This document shows, one piece after another, positions 44,893 to 57,800 of a DNA stretch of 64,000 nucleotides (position 1 is its first letter; each line of letters starts with the position of its first letter). The stretch spans positions 74,896,001 through 74,960,000 of the forward strand of contig OZ024741.1 in assembly GCA_964016885.1 (NCBI GenBank), read 5' to 3'. Source of the stretch: Eledone cirrhosa (Eukaryota). Position numbers and translations under genes: made by a program. A model generated the notes under the pieces. The model saw nothing but the letters and a program-made list of their open reading frames with translations, was not told the DNA's origin and did not search any database.

Positions 44893-45520
44893 TAGGCATG
44901 GCGGAATGGTTAAGAAATTCAATTCGCAATGAGTCGGTTCTGGGATCGATCCCATTAGGTGGCAGCTAGGGTGTCTTTTATCAAAGCCTCAGTGGTGAAA
45001 TTGGGTTAGTGGAAAGTGTTTAGAAGCCCGTCTGATGATCTGTACCTGCAATTCAAAGAGGCAACATTGTCATATACTGCGTCACGCTGAATTTTCATTA
45101 AATTGCGTTAAGATTAGACATCTCTGTGGAATATTCATCCATTTATACTTTAATACAAGATGGGTTGTATCTGTAATTCAAGGGGGCAGTCTTGTCACAC
45201 CGTGTCACGCTAAATCTCCCTGAAAATTACGTTAATTGTTACACCTCTCTATCGAATGCTCAGCCAGTTACACTATAACACAAGATGACTGTACCTGTAA
45301 TTCAAAGTATCAGCCTTGTCTCACATAGTGACATTCTAAATCTCTTAAATTACGTTAAGAATACATGTTCCTGTGGAATATTCAGCTACTTCCGCTATAT
45401 GAGCAGAATACTCGTGTCTATGGAATGCTCGGCTACTTTCACGTAATTTCATTTACTGTTTCGTCGACTGTACAATTGGAACATTCGTCGTCGAAACCGA
45501 CGAAGGTCCATTCCATTCCA
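44893..45520 (+). mobile_element. SINE family B with a triplicated internal ~125-bp unit
   Basis: TGGCGGAATGG..GGATCGATCCC head. The CTG(C/T)AATTCAAAG unit recurs near 45046, 45171 and 45295. Confidence 0.75.
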
Positions 45521-45999
45521 GTCTACCGTCGTTAGTGACAATTAATTACTTTTGTGTCAAGTTGAAGACAAAATTAAAATTAATAAAACCAAAAAGAAAA
45601 CATCGCAGCAGTTACAAAAATCATGTAAAAATGAGCATGTACACACCTTTGTAAATAATTACATTAGAGCCTATTTAAGCTATCTGTGTGCATTTAATCT
45701 CTGAAACTTAGCGGTACGGTAAAAAGTGATCGATAAAATAAAACTTAGAAAAAGAAAAAAATGTACTGTCATTGACCATTTAACGTGGTCAATGACAGAA
45801 ACTCGGAAAAGACTAAAGGAATATAATATATTTAATAAAAATATAGTACAATATTTTCAAGCATTTAGTTTAAATAAAAAGAAAATAAAAGAAAATAATT
45901 AATCATAATAATATGGGAGTCGACCAAAGTAGCTTTGACATATTTCGATCGATATACGATCGAGTGTTTGGTCACTGCTGTTGTTTCTGCACTTTGCCG

Positions 46000-46400
46000 C
46001 TGTCTTCTTTCTCACCTTCTCTCACCCTCTCTCTTTCTCTCACTCTCTCTGTTCCTCTTGACCCCCCCCCCGTCTCCCTTTCACATCACTCTGTCTGTAT
46101 CTTTTCTTCTCTCTCTTTATTCCTCTTCCTCTCTCTATGTTTATCTTTCTTTATTTCTCTCTCTTTCACTTCTTGTCGCTCCATCTCTCTTTAGCACTCT
46201 CTCTCTTTCTCTCCCTCTATCTCTCTTTATTCTCTTCCTCTCACTATGTTTATCTTTCTTTATTTCTCCCTCTTTCACTTCTTGTCGCTCCATCTCTCTT
46301 TACCACCACCCCCTCTCTCTCTCTCTGCTTCACCATGTCTATCTCTCTTTATGCCTCTCCCCTTTTTTCTTTGTTTCTATCTCTCTCTCTCTTTCTTTGC
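46000..46400. repeat. CT-rich low-complexity tract with an internal ~110-bp duplication
   Basis: CTATGTTTATCTTTCTTTATTTCTC..CTTCTTGTCGCTCCATCTCTCTTTA occurs twice. Confidence 0.8.
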
Positions 46401-46693
46401 AAATTTATAGGGCTCTATTGAACCAAAGAGAGGGGGTTAAAATACTGATTACAAAAGAAACCTTTGTGTACACATATGTGTAATGTTATGTATATTGTCA
46501 CATATCTTGGTATGTGTAATGTTATCTGTAATGTTATATGTAGTGTTCATGTGTAAGGTTGTGTAACGTAATGCATATGGCTATGTGCAATGTTGATGTG
46601 TATTGTTGTGTATATTGTTATGTATGATGTGTAATGTTATGTTGTTTATAAAGTTAGTAAGTGGTATACTACTTGGCGTCGCGGTCTGGATTT

Positions 46694-46724
<31 letters not shown>

Positions 46725-48814
46725 AAGTCCTCTCCCGCAGACAGAACTAAATATGGATTAGACCTCTCGTATTTCCGTCAGAATCACACACCCACTCCCC
46801 CCCCCTCTCCTCACTCACACGCATTTCTCTCAATCACCTTCTCACTCAATCGCTATGTATGTATATATGTATGCATGTATGTAGTTTACATGTCTGTACT
46901 TCGTGAGGGAAAGAACCAAAACATTGCACGACTAGACTATTTGACAAGTATAATTAGACAAGGAACTGTTTTCTTTTCTTTCTTTTCTACTTTTCTTTCC
47001 TGGCCCTTTTCTTTCTCTTTCTATTCAATCAAATCAACACTGTCCTCTGGATAACAGCTCTCTATTTTATTTCAGGTATGTAGGGCCCGTTAAAAATGAC
47101 GGAGATATAGTAAAAAAAGAAATTTAATTTCATAATTTCTTTATTACGTTCTATGTGACGATGCTTAAATCGTTGAGTTTTCCTTGGTTTACGTAATTTT
47201 CAATCTTTCTTCTTTTTGGCTGCTGTTGTGATGCCTACTAACTGGCCACAGGGTTGTTGTTTTCAACACGTATCTTGGTTGTTTATGTTGTTGTTTTAAA
47301 GAAAGACATAGAAAAAAGAGTGTGGAAGATGATGGGCTATCCCCGCTTTTATTTCTCAATTCCTTTTCTTGGTCTTTGTGTTGATGCATACGCACCATAC
47401 AACTTCCTTGATCAACTAGTCATGAATTTTATGTATTTTATGATACATGCTCACACTGGTATCAGTCATTAAATTGCAGCGATTTATCTAAAATATAGTG
47501 AATTAATATGATAATATTTAATTTAGGTGTTAATAAACCCGGGTTATGGCTAAGCACAGCTGCGATGCTAATATATTCTCTGTTGAAATTCTGCAGTATT
47601 GATGAAATAAGTCCCCAGTCGTGTGTTTATACCCACGCTTTATAAAATATTGGATTTGTGCCAAAGCCAGAAACAATTTTCATTAATCATTCCACAGCAA
47701 TTGTGTAAATCTTTATCGGCAGACAATTAGCTAAATCCCATTGTTAGGTCAATAACTCTTCCGTCAAAATGGGTTGTAAGGTCAACAACTCGTCCATTCA
47801 TCCATCCATTTATCCATCCCTTAATCCACCCATCCATTCATCTGTCCATCCATCCGAAATATATTCCATATCTAGCTATAGCTCTTATACAGCTAACGTT
47901 TCTATATGAGCTCATTTCATACGTTAAGACTTCGTTACTATTTGGTTTACAACGAATATGTTTATGTTCATCACATAAAAATATATATACACACACCTTA
48001 TATTTTTTTACTGGTTAATTCCTTGGATTGTGGCCATACTGGAGTCCCGCATACTGATGTTTTAATTTTTTTAGACAATTATCAGTCGCAGTTTTTCTGT
48101 GTGTATTCAATTTAGAATAGATACGTCATATCCCTGTAGCTAAAAGGGTTTGCACCAGGAAGAGCATCTGGTTATAAAACCTTGTTTTAAAAACGACCCT
48201 GTGATGTTTATGAAGCCTCTTGTTGTGAGTCCCGCGAGACTAACCCCTGCTTCACCAGGACAAATGACTTTAAAACACTTGTATTATCGATCACAGTCAT
48301 ATTTATGCTACTCATATTATTGCCCCTGTAAAGAATGGTAATAAGATGGCGGATCAGCAGCCGTTAGAACGTCGGATACAATCCTTTGCGCTCTGAGTTC
48401 GGATACTGCTCTGTGCGCTCTGAGTTCAAATCCTGCCGAGCACAACTTTGCCTATCATCGTGTACTGGAGTCGTTCTTCCTCTATGTATCTCCCCCCTCT
48501 CTCTCTCGCTCTCTCTCTCTCTATCTTTGTCAGGTTTAAATGTTGAAGACACGTATGTCACTACGGTGCCGCGACAACACTATCAGGAGTTATGGGTCCA
48601 TACATTTAATACAAACAAGAGATGGAACGGAAGTCGACTTGTGTGTAAAAGAAACAAAATAGAATAAAGTTAAAGGGCCGTGAACGAAATACCAGAAAGT
48701 TAGTTTGTTTGACGCTCTACTACCTACTTCAGTAGAGTCCATGTCAATAGAGCACAAAATAAGAAAACTAAAATATCTCATCTGATTCTCTGTATTCATT
48801 GATTTATACTCGTT

Positions 48815-49447
48815 AGGATTAGGGTTCCTTAAAGTAGAGTTAGGGTTAATGTTAAAGTTAGAGTTATGGTTAGTGCAGGGATTCGTTAGAGTTAGTGTCA
48901 GGGTTCTTTTGAGTTTAGGTTAGGGTTCGTTAGAGTTAGTGTTAGGGTTCCTTTGAGTTAGGGTTAGGGTTCGTTAGAGTTAGTGTCAGGGTTCCTTTGA
49001 GTTAAAGTTAGGGTTCGTTAGAGTTAGGGTTAGCGTTCGTTAGAGTTAGTGTCAGGGTTCGTTAGAGTTAGTGTCAGGGTTCCTTTGAGTTAGGGTTAGG
49101 GTTCGTTAGAGTTAGTGTCAGGGTTCCTTTGAGTTAGGGTTAGGGTTCGTTAGAGTTAGTGTCAGGGTTCCTTTGAGTTAGGGTTAGGGTTCGTTAGAGT
49201 TAGTGTCAGGGTTCCTTTGAGTTAGGGTTAGGGTTCGTTAGAGTTAGTGTCAGGGTTCCTTTGAGTTAGGGTTAGGGTTCGTTAGAGTTAGTGTTAGGGT
49301 TCGTTAGAGTTAGTGTCAGGGTTCCTTTGAGTTAGGGTTCGTTAGAGTTAGTGTCAGGGTTCCTTTGAGTTTGGGTTAGGGTTCGTTAGAGTTAGTGTTA
49401 GGGTTCCTTTGAGTTAGGGTTAGGGTTCGTTAGAGTTAGTGTTAGGA
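48815..49447 (+). repeat. TTAGGG-derived minisatellite with a 44-bp higher-order unit
   Basis: TTAGGG TTAGGG TTCG TTAGAG TTAGTG TCAGGG TTCC TTTGAG. CCTTTGAG occurs at 49082 and 49126. Confidence 0.92.
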
Positions 49448-49449
49448 TT

Positions 49450-50204
49450 AAAGGAACGCCAGTGTTGGTAGAGGGTCGGACGCCATGCTTTGCAGCATAG
49501 AGTTACGACCCTTTATGATCTGAGTTCAAATCCCGCCGAAGTTAACTTTGCCTTTCATCCTTACGGGGGTCGAAAAAATAAAGTACCAGTAATGCTCCTG
49601 GATAATTGCTGGCCTTGTGTCAAAAGTAGAAACAATTATATATAGGCTGCCCTGTGGTCCTAACACTCAGTTCACTTCCACTTCGCTTGTACAACACAAC
49701 CTCATCATATAAGAGTTTACTACTACCTCTGCTGGTACATACTGTCTGACTATTACTTGTCACTAAACAAAGAGATCCTCGAACAACACAGAAGCTTTAT
49801 TGAACCTTATATTCATTTGCGAACACTGTGGCAGTATCGGTAGAGAGTCGGACGTCAAGCTTTGACGCATAGAGATACGGCTCTTTCCATTCTGAGTTCA
49901 AATCCCGCCGAAGTTAATTGCTGGCCTTGTGCCAAAAGTATAAACAATTATATTTACGATTCGAAGTAATCATATTTTTTCCTTTTTGCAGAAGTGAAGT
50001 AAAGATATATATTCAACCTGAATTATTGGGTGAATTGGCAGTATCGGTAGAGGCTCGGACATGCTTTCCAGCATAGTTACGTCCCTTTATGATCTGAGTT
50101 CAAATCCCGCCGAGGTTAACTTTGCCTTTCATCCATACGGGGTTGAAAAATAAAGTAATGCACTGGGTAATTGCTGGCCTTGTGCCAAAAGTAGAAACAA
50201 TTAT
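49450..50204 (+). mobile_element. Three SINE family A copies (about 49450-49640; 49829-49950 with an internal deletion; 50028-50204)
   Basis: Same head, core and tail as 44449-44640. Confidence 0.88.
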
Positions 50205-50574
50205 TGGTATTTGTCGTGTACGTCATTCTCTTCTACAACAACCATAACTTCGCTTCATATAAGTGTATGTATTCTCTCTCTCCCTCTCCCCCTCTCCCTC
50301 CCCCTCTCTCTATCTATCTATCTATCTATCTCTGTCTCTCTCTGTGGAAAAATTTCAACATATAGGCAACTCAGCTTCAAAAAACGGGCGCGCGTGTGTT
50401 TCCCTATGTCCTTCAACATATAGATAACGTGACAAACTTCAAAAGACATTCTCGGTGGGGAAAAACGTGTGTTTAATTAGTTTTGATTGCAAACGCAGCC
50501 ATTTTAAGGGCATGGTTATCATCATATTAACTAACGTACAGTGAGAGATAGAGAGAGAGAGTGTGTGTGTGTGT

Positions 50575-50608
<34 letters not shown>

Positions 50609-50651
50609 CTGTATAAGTATCTAAACATTATTAGCGAGGGCAACGACCTAG

Positions 50652-51072
50652 TAATAATAATAATTGTTTCTACTTTTTGGCACAAGGCCAGCAATTACTC
50701 AGTGTATTACTGGTACTTTATTTTATCGACCCCGTAAGGATGAAAGGCAAAGTTAACCTCGGCGGGATTCGAACTCAGAATGGCAAGGGCCGTAACTCTA
50801 TGCTGCAAAAGCATGGCGTCCGACCCTCTACCGATACTGCCAATCCACCGAATAATAATAATTGTTTCTACTTTAGGTAAATACCAGTTATTTGAAGCGG
50901 AGGGGAAAGTGGATTAAATCGAACCCAATCCATTATTGGTATCTTATTTCATCGACCCCGTAAGGGTGAAAGCTAAAGTTAACTTGGCGGTATTTGAACT
51001 CAGAACGTAAAGGGCCATAACTCTATGCTGCAAAGCAAGTTGTCCAACGTTCTACCGATACTGCCAATCCAC
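50652..51072 (-). mobile_element. Two adjacent SINE family A copies
   Basis: Reverse-complement matches with (TAA)n-type tails. Confidence 0.88.
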
Positions 51073-51359
51073 AATGAAAACTGAAATTTTCATAATTGAA
51101 TGAATCTCATGAAATGTTTCCGTTTTGCAATTCATGAGAGACTAAAAACTAATGCAACCATGCTCCACTTAGGACCGAACCGAACGTGATTTAAACGTAC
51201 ATATGTTGACGCTTCACGTCTACCTGCGTACAGGAGTGATTCGGCTTCAGCTGTTGACTGCCTATTAAAAAGCGCTTTGTTTTCCATTCTGGTGAATTTT
51301 AGTTTTCTGGCTTAGGATTTACTGCATTTTCTTTCTTTTATTTTCTTTTCTTTTAATGT

Positions 51360-52590
51360 GGTAGTTAACCAAGCTAGCTAATGAACAATGAGGTTTTCTC
51401 CTCAGACGTAGCACAGCTGACCAAATATTCACATTGAGGCAGGTCTTCGAGAAATCGTGGGAGAATTGCCAAGAGGTATATACTTGTTTTGTAGACCTCA
51501 AAAATGCATATGACCACGTTCTTTGGGACCTGCTGTGGAAGGTTCGACAGGGGTTGGGATCGATTGTCAGTTTCTTGTTGCCCTGATGTCTCCACACGAA
51601 TGCCCGAATATTGTGTTCGGGTAAATGGTGTTAAATTGAAACAATTCAATGTGGGAGTCGGACTACGCCAAGAATGCATACTGTCATTTCTCCTGTTCAT
51701 TATTTTCATGAACAGGGTTAACATGCGGAGCCGGGTTTGAAGTGGTATCACGACTGGCAGGTGTAAAATCAGTCGGCTAGAATTTGCAGACCACATGGTG
51801 TTACTTAACTCGTCAGAAGGTGATCTCCAACTTGCACTTGATAGATTTGATGCCGAGTGCTGCGTTGCTGAAATGAAAACCAGTGCTGCAAAAACTGAGA
51901 CACTCCCTCTCTCAAGGAATCCTGCGCAAACCACTCTACATGCGAATGGAGTTCCACTGAAGCAGGTGGAAAAGTTCAAATATTTCTGGGCTGTGTTCAC
52001 GAACGATGGAAGATAGGTGGCTGATTTAAGTGCAAGAATTGCAGGGGTTGGAGCAGTAATGCGCCAGCCAGCTTCAGCATTCGGTAATCAGAAGAAGGGA
52101 GGTAGGTGTAAAAGCTAAATTCACTATTTTCAATTCGGTATTCGTGCCAACTCTTACCTATGGTTACGAATCTTGGGTAATAACAGAAAGTGTATGATCG
52201 CAAATACAAGCAGCCAAATGGGGTCCCTCCAAAGTTCTTTGGAAAAGTGTTACTCGATAGGGTGCGTAGCCTGTAGATTAAAGATTCCCTCCAGGTAGAG
52301 CCGTTACTTCTCCGAATTGAAAGAAGACAGCTCCGATATTATGGGCATGTGGTTAGAATGTCTCAGGAAAGCATCACTGGACAGATTTTACGGGCAAAAC
52401 AAACCGACAGGAGACCCAGGGGCAGACCCCAAGTATGATGGTTGGATAACATCCACGAACTTGGCTGGTCTCGCTTGGGAATCCAGTTTGTCAGTTGGAG
52501 ACAGTTGCTTCTGACAGAACCCACTGGAAGGAGTTTGAGAACTCTGTCCCTACGACCCTCTCAGGAATAGGTGAGCGAAGAAGTTAACTA
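51360..52590 (+). mobile_element. Degenerate RTE-clade LINE (different family)
   Basis: CFVDLKNAYD, GVGLRQECILSFLLF, LEFADH, LKQVEKFKY, PTLTYGYESW, RPRGRP. Confidence 0.82.
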
Positions 52591-52643
52591 AATATAGATT
52601 GATAGTATGCGAAATAGCATTCATTTTGTAACAAAACCTAATG

Positions 52644-52767
<124 letters not shown>

Positions 52768-53589
52768 ATTATAGTATTATTCAAATCCCGTTAGTGTAAT
52801 CAATTAATTTGATTGTTCAATAAAAGTTATTCCCACTCATCTGGATTATGATGTTTTTAATAATACTTTGTTATCAATTTCATTTAGTGTTATTAGCGGT
52901 CAACGTACAAACAAACATCCTTTTCATAAAGATGATGGCTTCCCCTTCGTTATCGAATATGGCCATTGCACGATATAACATTATTAATTAATGCTATCGT
53001 GCAATACCTGTGCGTGAAGATTTTTTTTTAAGTGAGGAAAGACTGTGCACTGAGCCAATCCACTCTCTGAGTGAAAGTAGCTATAACCCAAAAAGAAGAA
53101 AAGCTCAACATCATCGGTAACTACTGAGCCGCAGGTTTTATGTCGGAGTTATCCCACTTTCCTGAGTTGCCTTCTCATAGAAGAATGTCCTGACAAAGAC
53201 TAGGGGTCCTTCACTCCCAGTGGTTTAACCGCGCGATCGGGTATCCAGCCCGACTATTTCTATGTCCCCGCGCATATACATACACATGCACACATGCATA
53301 TACATATACACATGCATGTGTATAGACATATTTACACACTTTTGGATGGCCGTTGACTCTTATGATTTCTTCCGCCCTTTGTCAGGTTTTGTTTTTTGTC
53401 CTGCAGGGTGTCCAAAATCCTCCTCCTCACCAAGTAAACTTGGTGGGGTTGCTGGTTTAGTCGCCGACGATCCGACAATGCGACAGGTTGTACTAGGTTA
53501 CATGTTACCAGTAGCACTCAAGAGCAACCTGACATACATACATAGATACATACATACAAACAAAAAAAAGGAAGATTGCTGACCTACGA

Positions 53590-55975
53590 AAAACTATAAG
53601 ATATTTGACAATGCTCCTTATATGCAAACAAAAACAAAAAAACTTCGCTCCTCGCCAACAAAGAGGGAACAATAAAATAGAAACGATGTTTGGTGACAGT
53701 ACAACCAGAACTCTTCAATATAAGCCGATCACCCCCAAACAAGAATTGAGAGCTGTCAGCGAGAAACGCCGATACCTGAAAGGGTAGATGAAAAAAAAGT
53801 ACTAAACGATTCAGCCGAAACCAAACATCAGTCTATAGAGAAATGAAGGACAAAGTAATAAATGTCACTGAGGCCCCACCCCAGAAAGACATAGATTCTT
53901 TCTGGAGAAAAATATGGGGTGAAAAGAAGAATTTTAACCAAGATGGAGTGTGGCTAAAAGAAATCTAAAAGAACTATTGTTCCTGCACCACAACGAAAAA
54001 CATACGAAACAAATGAGGATATCCTTGAGACTGTGGTAGGAAAGCTCCAAGATAAGAAAACACCAGGAAGAGACTTGATTGTCAGCTACTAGTACAAAGA
54101 ACTGATATTTTATCGGATGTATCTTATCGACTTCTACCAATAAGTTCTCAATATACCAGAATGGTTGACATTAGCACAAACAATACTGGTCCCCAAGATC
54201 AAAGACCACCCACTTGGCAAAAAGACTGCCGACCCATTGCATGCCAGAACCTGATGTATAAGATGTATGCAGCATGCCTAAACCTATTTCTCAAAGATCA
54301 CTGTAAAAATAATTGTTTCTACTGTAAAAATAATATCATCACAGATGAACAAGCAGATGGAAAGAAAGGTGCTTGTGGGTGTGCTGAACAACTCCTAATT
54401 AACAAAACTGTGATGTCGGAGGTGCGACAAATTAGGAGAAATATGGCTACAGTCTGGCTGGACTACAGGAAAGCTTTCGATTCTGTTCCCCATTCTTGGA
54501 TGATAGAGGCCCTCCGACTTGCTAAAGTCCTAGGCATTATTATCAGAGCCATAGAGAAGCTGTCTTCTTCTTGGGCTACTATCCTAAAATTAAAAACAAA
54601 GGAGGACTCTATTTTCACTGATAAAATAGAATATCACAGGGGTGTATTTCAGGGAGACAGTCTCTCTGTGATATTATTTATCCTGTCATTAAATCCCTTG
54701 TCCTTTCTGCTCAAGAAATGTGAAGGATACATCATTGGCTCACAGGATGACAGAAATACGAACTTAACCCATAATTTCTATACCTATAGTGGTATTTGTA
54801 ATAAGGAACGCGGAACCCGATTAAAAGAAATATGGTCATCGGAACTCTCTGTGGTTCACAATGTGTTTGCTGTGCCTGTCCTAACACCAACGTTTGGAAT
54901 ACTCGAGTGGACGATAGACGAAATCCGAGCAATTGATGTTAAAAGTCGAAAAATTCTAAACAGCACCGGAAACTTCCATGTCAACAGTGACATAGACCGC
55001 CTCAACTCTACTTGAAACGTAAGCAGGGAGACAGAGGCCTAACAAACTGTCCAGACAGCATTTGAGTGTCGTATCATATCCCTCCGACAACATTTACGAA
55101 TCTCGAAACGTAGGAGCCCATTTATTGAGCAAGTCTGTCTACATGAGACAGATAAGATCATGGGAGTTGGGAAGGAACTCCTTGAAAGAAACTCCCTGCA
55201 TGATAATCAAAAACTCACACCCAGGAAAATTTCCTAGCAATACCGGAGTGAACCCACGGAAGAAAAACTACATGCTTATCAGCAAAAAATCATGCATTGA
55301 TGGATATGTTGCCAGGAAGCTCCAGAGTGAGAGTAATATAGATAAACAAAGTAGTCTATCTTGGACCAACAACCGCTATATTGGCTCCCACTTTGAAGGA
55401 TATGCTTTTGCAATCCAAGAACAGGAAATCAACACAAAATACCCGATTCACAAAAGAAATAGGGATGCAGGCAAAACACCTAGATGTGACAAGTGCAGAT
55501 TTTGCAGAATTAACACCGAAGATGTCACCCATGTCATAAGCAACTGTCAATAGATGTCATCACAGTACTATCTACTTATGAGGCATGATGTTGTGACCAA
55601 AATACTGTACAATGCAATTCGTAGAAAAGATAGCCCAGACAATAAACACATTAAAAGCTACAGAAATGTGGAAGACATACACATACATAATATGAAAGAG
55701 TACTGGTGGAATGTTCCAGTAAAAACCCCAATAAAATAAAGGCATAACAGACCAGATATAATGATATGGGACAGAGAAAAGAAAGCATGCACAGTAGTGG
55801 AAGCTAGCTGCCCAGCAGATGCCTATATAATATTAAAGAGTAACGAAAAGGAGAACATCTATGCAGAACTAATGAGAAATCTGTAGATACTCCACCCTGA
55901 CTATATCTTCAGATTTATACTTGTGATTGTTGGGGCACTGGGATATGTTAGCAACTGTCTCAGTACAAATCTTGA
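53590..55975 (+). mobile_element. Degenerate RLE-type LINE (R4/NeSL-like): RT, CCHC knuckle and restriction-like endonuclease
   Basis: CRPIAC, WLDYRKAFDSVPH, RGVFQGDSLS, AIQEQEI, CRFC..HVISNC, RHD, HNRPDI, VIVGALG. Many stops and deletions. Confidence 0.88.
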
Positions 55976-56199
55976 GAAGCTTGTGGGTTCGTAGGCGTGA
56001 CCAGAAAAGGGTTGCTTGACAGCGACACATTCAGAGCCAAATTGTTTGATGTATTTAACAATGAGTGGGAGTGACATAAAATCTGATAGCTGTGCTTGTC
56101 CCTGGCCGAAAACCAGCGTAGCGTGACGGCCAACCTTTTAAAGGATATTGCGTTATATAGAGTTTGCCAATAATTATAAAAGTGAGGAAACCAGTGGTA

Positions 56200-56403
56200 C
56201 ATAATTATAATTATAATAATTGTTTCTACTTTTGGCACAAGGCTAGCAATTACCCAGTGCATTACTGGTATTTTATTTTATCGACCCCGTAAGGATGAAA
56301 GGCAAAGTTAACCTCGGCGGGATTCGAATTCAGAATGGCAAGGACCGTAACTCTATGCGTCAAAGCATGACGTCCGACCCTCTACCGATACTGCTAATCC
56401 ACC
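56200..56403 (-). mobile_element. SINE family A
   Basis: Full-length reverse-complement match. Confidence 0.9.
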
Positions 56404-56671
56404 CAGGTAACTAAAACAATAAAAAGTGAAAAGAAAGTTTAGAGAGCTATAAAAAGTGGATAGTTATGATTACAATGTAGGTAATTAGTTAAAAAGTGAA
56501 TAATTACTTTAAAAGTAAGTAATTGGTTAAACAAACCTATCCTGTGTACATATGTTAAGCTTAAGTTATGGTGAAAAATATTTTATGGCGTAGCCTAATT
56601 ATGAGCTCTATGAACCCAGCCTATCCTAGATGCCCAGTATGCTAGAAAAAGTTAATGCAACTGAGGGAATT

Positions 56672-56717
<46 letters not shown>

Positions 56718-56855
56718 GAAATTTCGTTTCATTTTTTCCGTTTATCGTTTTCGGTGCACCCGGCCGATTAACCCACTCGATATGCAAATTGGGCTACTCA
56801 GCCGTTAATATGCATAAGGTAAGTATATACGTTCAACAATCTGGCAGGAAGGTAT

Positions 56856-56898
56856 ACGTTGCTGACGATAGCTAGTAAGCTTGAAGCTAGTACAGCGT
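56856..56898 (+). ncRNA. Hammerhead of the first monomer, with a GAAG core variant
   Basis: ACGTTG-CTGACGA-T-AGCT(AGTA)AGCT-T-GAAG-CTAG-TA-CAGCGT. Confidence 0.7.
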
Positions 56899-57273
56899 TC
56901 TTTTGTCAGTGTTGAATAAACGAGCAACGATGGTTGCTAGACACTACGGCTTAATACGGGATGTTTGTTTACAAACACACCGAGCATTATAATAAATGTT
57001 CGGTGAATCCAAACGAACATATATATATGTGTGCATGTATGTATATATATACATACTACTGTACGTCTGTATACATGTACGTATGAACGTGTACATACTT
57101 ATATTTAAGTAACAGCCGTACTAAGAGTGGGAAATGAAATTTCGTTTCATTTTTTCCGTTTATCGTTTTCGGTGCACCCGGCCGATTAACCCACTCGATA
57201 TGCAAATTGGGCTACTCAGCCGTTAATATGCATAAGGTAAGTATATACGTTCAACAATCTGGCAGGAAGGTAT

Positions 57274-57316
57274 ACGTTGCTGACGATAGCTAATAAGCTT
57301 GAAACTAGTACAGCGT
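57274..57316 (+). ncRNA. Minimal type I hammerhead ribozyme with an intact core
   Basis: ACGTTG-CTGACGA-T-AGCT(AATA)AGCT-T-GAAA-CTAG-TA-CAGCGT, with palindromic stem III ACTAGT and a GUA cleavage triplet. Confidence 0.85.
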
Positions 57317-57737
57317 TCCTTTGTCAGCGTTGAACAAACGAACAACGATGGTTGCTAGACATTACGGCTTAATACGGGATGTTTGTTTACAAACAGACCG
57401 AACATTGTAATAAATGTTCGGTGAATCCATACGTACATATATATATGTGTGCATGTATGTATATATATATATATATATATACATACTACTGTACGTCTGT
57501 ATACATGTATGTATGTACATACTTATATTTAAGTAACAGCCGTACTAAGAGTGGGAAATGAAATTTCGTTTCATTTTAACCGTTTGTATATATATATATA
57601 TATATGCAAAAGTTCTATTTAAAATTGTTGGGAAACAACAAGTAAATATTTTATAACTGATATAAATCACTCGACAAGATTTTGGAGTAGATATACGATA
57701 TTAAATAAATGGAAACTATATTTATAAAACCATATTT

Positions 57738-57800
57738 ATTTCATTATACATATTTCAGGGATACCAAATTAAAATATGGTATGCCTTCATCAGACAAAAT
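57738..57800 (-). ncRNA. Type I hammerhead ribozyme in the repeat family also seen at 21775 and 36418
   Basis: ATTTTGT-CTGATGA-AGG.ATACCA..TGGTAT.CCT-GAAA-TATGTA-TA-ATGAAAT. Confidence 0.78.

Larger units (their letters stand above)
56718..57586 (+). mobile_element. Non-coding tandem repeat (monomers of 418 and 424 bp plus a partial third) with one hammerhead per monomer; retrozyme-like or non-autonomous PLE derivative
   Basis: GAAATTTCGTTTCATTTT at 56718, 57136 and 57560. Flanked by (TA)n, with no meaningful ORF. Confidence 0.8.
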
